NCBI GenBank assembly: GCA_012295275.1
Contig: CM022679.1
Span: 558,001-622,000 of the forward strand
Direction: 5' to 3'
From: Chrysomallon squamiferum
Lineage: Eukaryota; Animalia; Mollusca
DNA length: 64,000 nt
Made by a program: the position numbers and the translations under genes. A model generated the notes under the pieces. It saw only the letters and a program-made list of their open reading frames with translations. It was not told the DNA's origin and ran no database searches. Shown in pieces: positions 1 to 49,490 of the stretch; position 1 is the first letter of the stretch; every line of letters starts with the position of its first letter.

Positions 1-84
1 TTATTAGTAGTAGTATGAGTATTAGTATTATTAGTGTTGTTGTTATTATTATTATTTTTGTTCTTGTTGTTATTGCTATTGCTA

Positions 85-122
<38 letters not shown>

Positions 123-170
123 GTTATTATTGTTATTATTATTATTATTATTATTATTGTTATTATTATT
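1..170. repeat. (TAT/TGT)n trinucleotide microsatellite
   Basis: Visible directly. Confidence 0.9.
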
Positions 171-607
171 GTTTTAGAAATATGTTTGTGTGTATGTATT
201 GGTTATGTGTGTGTGTATGTATATGTGCATATCTGAATACAGTGAAGTGTTTCTGTCTGTCTGATCTAAACTAGATTATTGTTTATATTATTGTTAAAGT
301 GTGTATCTACATTATAAAGGTTTGTGTATTACACAGGTATGTAAGAATAAAAGCAGTAAAGTGTGGATTATAAAGGGTTGTTCAGTAAGAGGTTTGCGTA
401 GAGTTGATTACTGAGGGGTTTGTGTGACGAGTCACGTGCTGTATGAAACTCATAACTCAATGTTAGTATTTTATCTACTCACAGAAACATTTTAACATTA
501 AAAAAAAATAGACTCAGGTGTGAGCTGAAAGTAATCTGGATAAAACAAATAATATTAAATTTTGAGGGTTTTTTCCTCACAAATCTGACATTTTACCGTT
601 ATCAGGA

Positions 608-651
<44 letters not shown>

Positions 652-1611
652 TAAAAAGATAAAATAATTTAAAAAGAAAGAGAGACAGAGAGAAAGAAGA
701 CATTAAAAAAAGAAAGAACAGACACATGATGCACGTTGAATGGCGTCGCGAGGTTTCAGAAGAACTGTTTTGTTGTCAGCGACGTAGTCTCCACTCCACA
801 CACAAAGTACGCCTCACTGGCCAAACGACACCGTTGTCTAAGTTACGTAACTAATAACTTGAAGAAAAAATGGCATACTTTTTTCTTTCATTCCTTCCTT
901 CAATTTCCCTGTTCTCCGTAATTACTTACTTTTCTTTTCGTCTTCATTTCTTAACAGTCATTCGTCCTTTCTTTCTTTTTCTTCCTACATTCTGTACATC
1001 TTTTCTGTTTTCTTTCCTTTATCGATTTTTTTTTACTTTATTTTCATTCATTTTCTAAAATTATTATTTATCATCATCATCATCATTATTATTATTTTTA
1101 TTATTATTTGGTATTTATTTATTTATTTATTTTTCAGAAATCTTTCTCATTTTAAGAATCAGATTCAGCGTACACCTAATCATCTTTCTTTCCAGTTTCT
1201 TAAAGATCTTTTTTTTTTTTTTTTTTATTTTTTTTTTTTCCTGTCGGTCCGTTTTTTATCAATGTCTTTCTTTCAGTTTTTTTTAAAAAAAAGGTCTGCA
1301 TGACTTATACCAATTCACCCTCATATCGGATAACACAATTAGCGTTCGTTGTATAATGTGATTTATATGTGCATGTAATTTCGTGACATATTCTTATTAA
1401 CTTACAGACTCGACGCCTCACGGTCGTGTGTCGCGCAGGTTTCTCCGAGTCCTGTCAGTGCTCAATTAATCACTGCTGTCAGACAACTGCGTTTATTTAT
1501 TTATTTACTTTCTTACTTACATACTTTTTTATTTATTATTATTTTATTTTTTTATTTTTTTTTATTACAGCTTTATTTTGTTTTATAGGCGTATAGACGT
1601 TTACAAAAAAG

Positions 1612-1758
<147 letters not shown>

Positions 1759-2002
1759 CAAATTAAAACAGAATACAGTTATAACAAATAAAATTTGCGT
1801 ACTCGTTGGGCGGTTTTAAGACACAAGGCGTTTTGCATCAAATATTTAAATATAAAACTGAACGTACGTTAATAAACTGTGTGTTTAATATACACAAACT
1901 ATTCACTGCTACAACGATCAATACCATTAACTCATCCCCATGACAGACACACTAACAGACATAAACCTACTTAATTACAAAGAATTAAACTGTATACCAC
2001 AA

Positions 2003-2100
<98 letters not shown>

Positions 2101-5100
2101 CTCGCTCTCTCAAGACTGAAATTCTAAAAGGAGTTATACAGAATGTCATTTTGCTTTATGACGTGAACGAACGCGGATAATGAACGTCAAAATAATTTTG
2201 AACCAGATTCCTCAGTGTAATCAAAAAGAAACGTTTTCTGTAATTCATCTATTTACTCAGTCAACTACAACATCCACGACGTGACGTATTCACTGATGTA
2301 AAATAGGTTATTCTCATCATAATATTTTTGTAAACATTACATAAACAAAAGCATATGCACTAAGACAAACGTCTTCTTTGTTAAGTGGGCTTTGATAGCA
2401 CTTTGCCAGAGAAAGGGTTAATCAGGATTATTTCTGTACTGTCGGAGATAACGACATAATGAATAGCGTGGACACAAATAGAATCTGGTGTCTGTATGTA
2501 AAACGTTCTGTTTGACATGCGCCTCCCATCTCTCGGCTTAATTCCGACTTAATGTAATAGAATCACGTGACCAGTTCATGGTCGTTACTGAGAGCACTGT
2601 CATCACGTGACCTGTTCGTTGACGTATCGCTAATTGTCGTGGATTGTTTTATTTGCATCAAATGTAACTGAGCTGCACTTTCATCAAAAAAATGCTGGAA
2701 TGTGATAATGAAATCTTACGATGCATGACGAAACTAGCCGAAGTTAATCGAAATTATCCGAGGTGAAGAATATAGAAAGTCTGCCAGGGAATGAATGAAA
2801 CAAGACAAGGAAGATGGATACAAGCAGTAGAAGGAAAAAGAAACTGAAATAGAGTGAAACATTGCAAAATAAACAACGAAGCAAAATAAAGCACAAACGA
2901 ATACAAAATAACAAAAAAGAACACGGCGTTGAACGAAATGAAACAAAGGAAAACAACGAACATCCTATATGAAGTCAGGCGAAAGAACACGAAATAATAC
3001 GAAACAGAACGAAATGATTCGGAACTCCACGAAATAGAACGAACCAATACGAAAAAGAACATACGTAGAAAGAAACAACACGAAGTAATGCAAAATAACG
3101 CGAATTCTCATTAAATCACGTGAACTCAATTTCTACAGTTTTACTCTTTATCTGTCATTAAATTATGTAAATTACGTAAAAAGACATTTTAATTTATGCA
3201 TTATCAGCAATAAAATCAATCTAAAATGTTTCTGATACGCACCTCGGAGACTGGAGACAAATAGATTCTTTCTGTCCGAAAGTAGTCGGTGTAAAAAATA
3301 TTTTTAAAGTTCAGTTTCAAAAAATACTCAAGTCTATTTACATTTGGTCGTCTGGGAAATCTTACTTACAACAATGGAAGAAAATATCCCCGGCTCATAC
3401 AATCAATAGTCCAAAGTGATTTTCAATTAACACACGGATTCGTAGCCCGAAACCGCTCAGACGTACAATTATGACAAATCCATTTGTAAATCTACACACA
3501 ACACCCGTGCAAGTCGTGAAGCCATTTAAGAGAGCTTTTTGGACAAAGGACGTGTTAAATGCTTGTGACCCGAAACCTTTGTCGCGCAGAAATCTGGCTG
3601 GTTGTCTCGTGGGAGCCTGGGAGGGGCTGAAAGGGTGGGGCTGAAAGGGTGGGGCTGAAAGTGAGGGAGAAAAAGCAAAAAAGACACGATAGAGAAAGGA
3701 ACTAAACTTCGTAAACGTCAATATTAAAATGTTGTGACACTAAATACGTTTGTTAACACGATGTGGACACGTACTACTGTAGTTCTACAGAAAAACTCGC
3801 TGTATTTGTTTTCAAAACACCGACAACGTGATTCATCATTATACATGACTAATTGTTTAAATATGATTTCAGAATTAGAAACATGATTATACAGATCTTC
3901 TTCTTCTTCTTCTTATTATTATTGTTATTATTGGTAGCAATGGTGAGGGTACTAAAAGCAATAATAGTGTAGTAGTTGTTGTTACAGTAGTTGTTGTTAT
4001 TGCAGAGGCATTAGAACACTTAGAACAGCATACACATAGAAAAATAAACAAACAAATAAATAAATAAATAAATAACAAGAACAATCACAATGGTGACAAC
4101 AATAATAATACATTTAAGAAATGTTTACTTTTAATTAAATTATCAGATAAATATCACAGTCTATATAGTAATTACAGTTTTATAGTTTTATTGATCACAT
4201 GATATACCATGTGACCCGCTATAAAGTATGCTCGTAAAGACAAGCTATTATAGAAGATCACTTTATCAACAAACGATAAAAAATTCTCTTAATCATCATT
4301 TCACCGTAACTTGTTTTCTTTAGCCTTTGTTATTGTTACTGGAGACTCTCTTCATTATGACGCAATAATCAGTCGTCCTGGCTTCGGTTGTTACTATGGT
4401 TACTGTTACTGGCATGCTTATTTAAAGTGGTTATAAATATTCAGTAGGCTTATTTTCTTATTTCCAGACGAATATTCGTAGATCTTTATCGTTTTCCTTC
4501 TTTCTTTTTTCTTTCATTATTTTTCTTCTTTCTTTCTTTCTTTTTGTTATAGAAATCAAAATGAAATACAGATCATTTTCTTTCTTTCCACTTTCCTTTT
4601 CCTTTTCTTTCTTTCATTCCTTTTTCTTTCTTTCTTTTTTTTAAATTTTTTTTCCTCGCTACGCTGAAAGACGGAAATTGTTTCATTATTACGGCGATTA
4701 CCGGCAGACCAGTCAGTTTTCTTTTAATTATGCAAGAGCGTTATTACTTAATTGTTACTATTTTTAAATTATTCATCAGCGAGTGCACGCGTCGATACCA
4801 ACTCGCTTCTGATTAACCCCGGCTCCCTGCACACAGCCACGTCACTGCTAAGTGGTCTTCAAACTGGAGAGAAACACGACCAGTGGTCCTTGCATGCCGA
4901 TACGTTTGTTTGCGGCTCTTACACTGACTCCAGGTTTACCACAATGGAGGCCAATTTGCAGCAGTGGCAAATAATTGCACAATAATATGTTTCATCGGTC
5001 TTGTTCAGCAATTGCGGAATTAACGCCGAGCTTTTAATATATCTTGTAAAACCCGCACTTTAGTTCGGCTTTCCGTTGTCGCGCAATGACGGAATTATGT

Positions 5101-6108
5101 CTTATAAACTTCAGACAGAAAAACAGAACTAGAAACGAGTTGGAACTGTGTCGCGGAGGAAGTAAACACTTACAGACTTACACTCGGCTTTGAGCACATT
5201 AAAATTGAAATTATGAAGATTCAGGGTTTGATAGTGACCTCAGGGTAAATCTTGCTGAAAGGGACAATTAAAGTGCATTTCTTTCTCTTTTTTGGGTAAC
5301 ATTAAATCCTTTCTGATATCATAATTTTACCAAAATGTAAAATTTTATTCGGTCATGGTATGTGTGTTAATTATAGATTCAAATAATAGTCAGTTGGGAT
5401 TTAATTTTAGTTAACAACAGCAACAACAACAACAACAACAATAACGAGGAGGAGAAGAAGAAGAAGGTAGTTTATGAAATAAAAAGTGTTTGCGAGGTAC
5501 ACAGTTACTATTCGCCCAGACACGGACCCGGGTATTGTCAGCACTGGAGTCTAATGACGTGTTATCCGTCTTCTGCCTCTGGCGAATGCAGTCGACCTAC
5601 TTAGCTGTGTGAATTTCGCTGAACTGGTTTGCAATTTTCCTCTGTAAATTCAGTCCAACTATTTGTGTTAACACTGTGCACACCAGTCCAAACAGGATCA
5701 CAGTGACTCATTTGAGGGGGTGGGGCGGGGTCACGTGGGTGGGTGTCAGAGCAGAATGTTCAGTTTCTAATCGAGAGTTTTAAAAAAAAAAAGTAGAAAA
5801 AATCAATAATTTAATTTCATAGCGTTTTCTAAGACAAGTTTTCTAATTTTATCGGAAGTAAGTGCAATTCGCGTCGGCGGTTTCCGGTTTCAGCGTCTAA
5901 ATCCCTCCTATTCTCACAGAGCATTGTTTAAAACATATTTCTATTTTTGTTGCTTTTTATTTAGGGAACAAGGAAAACGTCGTATTTTTATTTATGCTGA
6001 GTTAGAAATTTATATAAAATGACAGATTTTTCTGAACTGTCACGGAACATATTTTTAACGAGAATAAATTATCTTGAAAATTTCAAAGAAATATATTGTC
6101 AACGTGAG

Positions 6109-6145
<37 letters not shown>

Positions 6146-6559
6146 AAATAAAAACATTCTTGTTAAGATTAATATGACACTAACACTACTATTGTTAAAT
6201 TTAATTTGTTTAATAATAATAATAATAATAATAAACGCAAAAAAAAACTCAGACAATAATAGCAGTCAGAAGAAAAACAAAAATAAAAAAAATCTAAGAT
6301 GAACAACGTCTAGATATAAAAAAAACAACGAAAAGAAGAAAAAAGCCTATTTTCATTCAGCTGTGTTTTATTTGTTTTCCTGTGTAATTGACGCGATAAA
6401 AAGCTCAGACGACGAATCAGAGCCTGAGTGTGTTCTGCGATTCATTGTGTGAATCAACGAGTTCATTTATTTCCATTCAGCTCAGTTGATTAATCGATAG
6501 AACGAAATGAGCGAGATATTTACACGACGAATCAGAGAGTGAGTTACTCTGCGATTCAC

Positions 6560-6870
6560 TGTGTGAATCAGCGAGTTATTTACTGTGAATCAGTGAGTTA
6601 TTTATTTGTGTGAATCAGTTATTTATTTATTGTGTGAATCAGCGAGTCATTTATTTGTGTGAATCTGTGAGTTATTTATTGTGTGAATCTGTGAGTTATT
6701 TATTTGTGTCAATCAGTGAGTTATTTATTGTGTGAATCTGTGAGTTATTTTTTGTGTAAATCTGTGAGTTATTTTTTGTGTGAATCTGTGAGTTATTTTT
6801 TGTGTGAATCTGTGAGTTATTTTTGTGTGAATCTGTGAGTTATTTATGGTGTTAATCTGTGAGTTATTCA
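6560..6870. repeat. ~22-bp minisatellite (gtgtgaatctgtgagttattt...)
   Basis: More than 10 degenerate tandem units. Confidence 0.85.
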
Positions 6871-7399
6871 TACAGTGAATGCTAAATTATTTTATCTGTG
6901 AGCCAGTTAATTATACATTCAATGAATCGATGAGGTTTTTAGTGAATCAACAAATTATTCATTCAGTGAATCAAAGAATGGGTGTTACTAAAAAGGGAAC
7001 ATAAAATGAGTTCTTATTCGTGTATATAATAATAACAACAACAACAACAACAACAACAAATAATAATATCAACATATCAGTCTAATGGGATCTTTGTCTT
7101 AATATATTGCGACTTAATATCGTAAAAGGTCAATATCACAAAAAATGGATATGCGATACCAAGATTATATGTATCAGATAAAATTAACGTACGATAACAG
7201 TACATATATGTTTGTGTATGAAGCGCTGTACGTATATTTATGTGTGTTTTAATACAGTTATGTAGATATGTGTTGCATGGGGGAGTATTTACTGATCTAA
7301 GTAGATGTTTGTTTCTGTTCATCACGCATTCATAAGCCTCTACACTAAACAACATACAACAACATGGATCTGTTTCAAAGCAGATGTCTTTCTATTATA

Positions 7400-7679
7400 A
7401 CACGGATATGTTCACCTACAGGTTCCTGTGTAGCATTATAAAATAATACCTTGGACGAATTTACCTACCTCTGTATAATAGTAAATAACTTTGATATATT
7501 TAACCTTCAGGTGCTATACCAAATAACACGGCTATGTTTCACCTACAGGTGCTATACCAAATAACAGTAAATAACACGGCTATGTTTCATCTACAGGTGC
7601 TATACTAAATAACAGTAAATAACACGGCTATGTTTCACCTACAGGTGCTATACTAAATACGGGTATGTTTCACCTACAG

Positions 7680-7683
<4 letters not shown>
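7400..7683 (+). repeat. Tandem copies of the SYT15-like splice acceptor (tatgtttcacctacag|gtgc)
   Basis: ~5 copies; the last is the functional acceptor. Confidence 0.85.
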
Positions 7684-21963
<14,280 letters not shown>

Positions 21964-23183
21964 CTACATTGACCAATCGGCGACGACAAGACAATCGCAT
22001 CCACCAATCAGCAACTGTGTAACATAATTCAGTATATAGAAAGGAAGTGCATTAAGAGACTTGTAAAAGTGTAGTCGTAGATGTACAAAGACGTGTGTAA
22101 TATTTTGTATATAATATGCATTCATGAAAAATACTGCCGTTATAACGACAACCGGTTTCCATGCCAAAATCGTAGGCTTGAGTTATAATTATGTGAACTA
22201 GTGATAGTGTTTAAACAAGTGAAAATTTATATTATAACACAACAGTAATTGTATAATCAGATGAATGTATGCTTGTCTTGTATATATGTATTTATGTATG
22301 ACTAAATACATGTTTACATACATACAGACATACATACAGACAGACAGACAGACAGACACATATATACAGACACACACACATGCATCAATGCGAGGTTACA
22401 CATGAGCCTGGATATACACGTTTCATACATACGTATTATATACATAACCACGGACGTATATATAAATGTACTACTATATACTCACTTTCTTTTTTGATAC
22501 GCATATTCATACGTGTATCGGTGTAACTATAGTAACAAACAGAAAAAAAAAACCCCAGTGTATTATGAAGACAAACCTAACCGAGTTTGTTGTGTGAAGA
22601 TGTGTTGCTATGGAGACGACTCCACATCTCGTGTGATGTGTTTCAACTATGTGCCTCTCGTGTTGCTGAATGCAACTCATTTATTTATCAGCGTGTTTAC
22701 GTTCAGGGGCGGACCCACGGACACACCCAGGGGCGTGTTTATCACACTGAAATAAAACAGCTGATCTGTAAAACACACAGTACGTCCTCTGTCCGCGCCT
22801 GAACATTTTCAAACAGTTGATTTGTTGTATTATATTTGTACATAAATTAAGTGACTTTTGTGTTAATTTTTGTTTTAAGAGAAACGTCGCTGTAAGATAC
22901 AACTGTTATTACGTGTACGTGGATAGGGGTGGTACGCTGATAGGGATGGTACGCTGATAGGGGTGGTACGCGAAATACACGGTTCTGTTATCGAGTATAA
23001 AAAAACACAAAAACATTTGTAGTCGTATGAAGGTAAAACCGAATCGGTCATTCGTTATTTATTTTAATGGACATTCGTAACTTTCCGTCATGCTGTATTC
23101 TCTTTATGAGTCAGTCTCTTTGTCCATTTATATATAAATGTCGTTTTGTTTTTCTTTCTCTATGCATTTGTCTCTTTTGCTTT

Positions 23184-23264
<81 letters not shown>

Positions 23265-25142
23265 ATTTCTTCAGTACATATTTAAGTTAAACTATACTAC
23301 ATATCCGTATTAATTTACTAAGTACAAAAAAAATTATCGTAATGTTACTTAATGTTAAATTTAATTTTTGGCTAATAAAAATACACACATATGGTAACAC
23401 ACACAAATGCAAACATACAAATACATACACACATGTAATATACATATACACATGTAATATACAAACACACAGATACATACATAAAAACTGATACACACTG
23501 AAAAGTAAATATAGAAAGGTATACACACATAAAATAAATATAGACACATACATGTACATATCTACAACACACGAAAACACGTAGATACATATACATATAT
23601 ACACATAGAAACACACAAACACATATACACACATGCATACACGCATACTCACACAAACACAGAAAGAAAATGAAAAGTAAAACTACAGACAGAAGCTAAG
23701 TACGCACACTCTGAACACGATGTAAAGAGAATGTAAATAACTGAACTGTGACTGCTTCAAGTGTGAAAATTAAAGCATCGTAATAAAATATGTCACTTGT
23801 TCTTGTTTATTTATAGTTGTTATCCTTCTGTTATCTTTATTACTATCTTTATTATTATTATTATTATTATTATTGTTGTTGTTGTTGTTGTTGTTATAGT
23901 TGTTGTTAATTCTAATGATTTTTCTACCGAGTTTTTCAGAAATATCGCCTTTAATAATAATAATAATAACAAAAATATTAATAATAATAATAATAATAGT
24001 AACAATAATAATAACAATGATAACAGTAATAACAATAACAAGAATAACTAATAATGATGATGATGATGATGATGATGATGATAAAATAATAATAAATAAC
24101 AAACAAATATTTTTTACTCTTTTTTTTTAAAGAAAAAAATAATAGTAAAAAAGAAAAACGAAAACAAATGTACCACTTTCATTTAATTTTGGAATTGAAT
24201 TATGTGGTATAACGTACTATGTCTATATTAACTTTCTAACATTTTCTGTGTTTAAATTCCAGTCACCATGTTGATATCTGTATTCTCAACACACGTGTAC
24301 TTTAAACTGGATTGCCTCAAATTGCATCACTCTGTAATGGATTCAGTTTTTTCCCAACACAGTCGTTAGCAAAGAAAACTCTGTTTTCGCGTGCTGTCAT
24401 TGTAAACAAAATTCAAAACACTTAATGTACACCTATTCTTAAACTCTGCGGCCTAATTTCGCGCGTGCTAATGACCTAAATCCCTATTTTTTACTTGTGT
24501 GTGATTGTTTTATTTGTGTCGCTGACTACCAACCTTTGCTGATAATAAAGTACGACAGTAAAATAAGGAAGAATCTTTCAATATTTTCCATTCGTTTAAT
24601 GACGTCATTTCCTGTTTATACAGTAACTCAAACTCCTATATATATCATCGTTTCACATTTCTCTTTTTTTATTATTTTTTTTTTTTTTTTTTTTTCATTT
24701 TCGTTCTTTCATTTAGTCCACTTCCTCTTCGCTGTTTCTCATTTCTTTATTTATTTTTGTACTCTTTACACCCTCTTTCTTTATTTTTATCTGTCCTACC
24801 TCCTTCTCTCGCTCCCCCTCTCCCTCGAGTGTGTGTGCACGTGTCATAAAAATCTGTAGATGCTGAGACGGATATCGACTGAATACAAGGTTAAAAAAGA
24901 CGAAGCAGCCACTTAAATGTATTCATTATTTTCTGATGAGGTGCAAAACGTGTAATGGAAATCACAAAAATGTGATATTTACTAGTAATTTGATTCACTG
25001 ATATAAAAAATGTGTTTACGAAGAATTCTGTTCATAAAATCTCATAAACACAGAGTTTCTTGAACTTGCAAATATAAAGAATATCTGTTTACATCTGTCA
25101 ATCTATATCTGTATATCTATCTATCTATCTATCTAGCTGTCT

Positions 25143-25251
<109 letters not shown>

Positions 25252-27820
25252 CATACATACCCAGACACAAAAAAATATGTATAGAAACATTTATACACAC
25301 ATATATAGATATAAATATACCATCTTCTTAACAGAAAATGAAAATTCCATGGTGAACGTAAACTATAATTATTCCACAAGTATGATAACAACAACAAAGT
25401 AATAATAATAATGATGATGCTAATGATCATAATATAAGTGTAAGAATTATCTTACATTTTTAATTAACTCATTTTGATAATCTTCATCTATCTGTATGTT
25501 TATGTACAGAATATCTATTTAAACTAGCAAGAAAAAAAAATTAAAATAATAATAAAAGAACAACAACAACAATAATAAAATATAATAATAATAATACATC
25601 ACTGAAAAAAAAATAATAAGAAAAAGAAAAAAGAATAAGAAAAGAAAAAAGACGTGAAAATAACATTTAACCGTAACAGAATAACTGAACTTGTCACGTT
25701 ACAGCTGTGAACTGTCATAACGCTGAATTCATATTTTACTTTTATACTCAACTGCCATGTGTAGACCTCACAAACTGCCGTTTGTACGCAACGTCATGTG
25801 TGCTCTAGTACAGTGGAGGAAATTACCAATGATAATGAAGCGCAGACTTTTGGCGTATTTCGCGATTGAAAGAAAGATATACGAGAAGTTTATAATGAGA
25901 AGTTGATGAGACAGGGACCTGGGGAAATTTCTAAAAAGACGTTTCATTTGTACGATTCTATTAATGTATCAACTGCAGAAAGTCTCTCTTCCCATCTCTG
26001 CTTCTCCCCCCGTCGGCTTCGTTAATTACATTGACGTCGTCGTCGTGTGCAGAGTGGGTGACTCCAGCTCGAGACAACTGCACACGTCTGTTCTGTAATT
26101 TTCACATTATTTCTGTCTCATTTTATTATTAGTTTTGCTGTTGCAGTAGTAGCGGTTGTTGTTGTTGTTTTTATGCGTCGGTGCCGTGGTAACATTCGAA
26201 CCCTATGTTGTTATCGTGTTAGTGTCCATAAGAGTTGTTTTAATTTTAAAGGGGAATAATAATAAGGAGAAGAAGAAAGAAACAAAGAAAAACAAACAGT
26301 TATCAACAAAGAAGATAGAAAAAAAAAAGTTATACTGAGTAATATATGTTATGGTGGTACTACTGCTGCTACTATTATTTTTATTACTACTGCTGCTGCT
26401 ACTGCTACTATTATTGTTATTATTGCAAATCACTGCTGTCATGAGAATACAGATCTCAGCTGGCAGTTACTGTGTCACCTTGTTTCAGTGTCCAACATCC
26501 ATAACTACGATGATTCAATTAAAAACAACGATAATCTATTTTTAGCTTTTATTAATTAATAAACTTGACACTAGTTTTATTATTATTTTCTGTAAGAAAC
26601 AAATGACACCAAAACCCAAATAAAGCAACTCTAAGTAAATTAATGTTTAATTATAACATTTTCTATCCAGCCATTACAATTGTGCATTTTAATAAAATCC
26701 TAAAGATGTCTCAAAATATAATAATAATAAATAATAATTAAATATATGTATCATGCAGTAGTGAACATTTTTTTATTTCTGACAGTAAATTGTTTTAATA
26801 TACTATTATTTCTTTTCAAACTTTCTGTAAACAAAAGAGGAATGTTCTAGAGTCATACTTAAGTACATATGTACGTTTGTGTGTGTGTTTTGTTCCTATA
26901 CAGGATCAAAAAGATATATAAAGTAGTTTCCCTTTGTGACAAAGGTTTAAAGTGAAATGAAAAATATGTGTAATTAAAGAAAACAATTATACATTTAACA
27001 AACCAGGAAACAGGTAAATATTACAAATTCTACTGTAAGTGTACACACCTGTTATCTAACTGATGTCAATTTTAAAATATTTTACTAATTCATCCAGCGT
27101 TTTATTTTAAATAAGAATATAAAAAGTCTGGAAATACAAGTATATATATATAAAGACTGAAAGAGCAGAATGAGGAAATATTACAGAATATTTTAATAAT
27201 GCTGAAAACTCTAATATGTAGTAAAAATTATAATTAAAGATACTGGAAAATTATTTTAAGCAAAATTAAGGCACTCTATTTTTATAAAAAAAAAATTTAA
27301 AAAAGAAGAAGAAAAAACTATATATATATAATATATAAAAATCACTAAAAATATATAAAATTGCTTTTAATGCATATAGTTTGTAAAATGTTCAGAAAAA
27401 AATAACAGATTTAAAAACTTCTCTTTAACAGTTTAAATGGTTGGATGACTTCAGATAAACTTTAATATTTGCTTAACAAAGCGAGTGAACCAACAGTGAA
27501 ATGTCCTTAGTAAGCTGAGATTTCCCAGTAAATTAATAATCAGTGTGACAGTAAACAAGTAAGAAAACTTGTATTTACTGGTTACTTGATATTATCAGTG
27601 AATCAAAAGTTATGTGTATCAGTTTTATAACATTTCAAGTCAGGAATTGGAATGAAAGATATTTAGTCTTTTTCTTGAAGTATTTACATTTGTTTTTAGA
27701 TACCTGACATATTCTAGACAAAATAAAAAAATGTTTAAGAAAAAAGTCCAGTTAATCAGTTATAACATGATAAAAATATTCAGTAAATTATCTGACATGT
27801 TTGTCTGGAAATGTTTTCAT

Positions 27821-48449
<20,629 letters not shown>

Positions 48450-48473
48450 GACTGACACTTGAGTACAGCCTCC

Positions 48474-49490
48474 GTTATCTGAAAAACAACAATATATACT
48501 ATCAGTACACTGTTACACAGGTAATATGTACATACATGTCTCTCTGTTATCTGAAAACAACAAAATTATTATCAGTACACTGTTACACAGGTAATATGTA
48601 CATACATGTCTCTCAGTTATCTCAAAACAACAATATATACTATCAGTACACTGTTATACCTGACAGGTAATATGTACATACATGTCTCTCAGTTATCTGA
48701 AAACAACAATATATACTATCAGTACACTGTTACACCTGACAGGTAATATGTACATACATGTCTCTAAGTTATCTGAAAACAACAATATATACTATCAGTA
48801 CACTGTCTGACAGGTAATATGTACATACATGTCTCTCAGTTATCTGAAAACAACAATATATACTATCAGTACACTGTTATACCTGACAGGTAATATGTAC
48901 ATACATGTCTCTCAGTTATCTGAAAACAACAATATATACTATCAGTACACTGTTACACCTGACAGGTAATATGTACATACATGTCTCTCAGTTATCTGAA
49001 AACAACAATATATACTATCAGTACACTGTTACACAGGTAATATGTACATACATGTCTCTCAGTTATCTGAAAACAACAATATATACTATCAGTACACTGT
49101 TACACAGGTAATATGTACATACATGTCTCTCAGTTATCTGAAAACAACAATATATACTATATCTGACAGTACACTGTTACACCTGGCAGGTAATATGTAC
49201 ATACATGTCTCTAAGTTATCTGAAAACAACAATATATACTATATCAGTACACTGTTACACCTGACAGGTAATATGTACATACATGTCTCTCAGTTATCTG
49301 AAAACAACAATATATACTATCAGTACACTGTTACACCTGACAGGTAATATGTACATACACTGTTATCTGAAAACAACCTATGACAGGTAATATGTACATA
49401 CATGTCTCTAAGTTATCTGAAAACAACAATATATACACTGTCAGTACACTGTTACACCTGACAGGTAATATGTAAATACATGTCTCTCTG
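48474..49490 (-). repeat. ~70-76-bp tandem repeat x~14 spanning the acceptor of the ATG-bearing exon (attgttgttttcag|ATAAC)
   Basis: Visible directly. Confidence 0.92.

Noticed and set aside
2560-5760. Several CACGTG E-boxes and a GC-box (~2564, ~2604, ~3116, ~5720-5737) as an alternative SYT15 promoter or first exon
   Set aside because: Short motifs are expected by chance in CpG-retaining DNA, and no exon could be tied to them.
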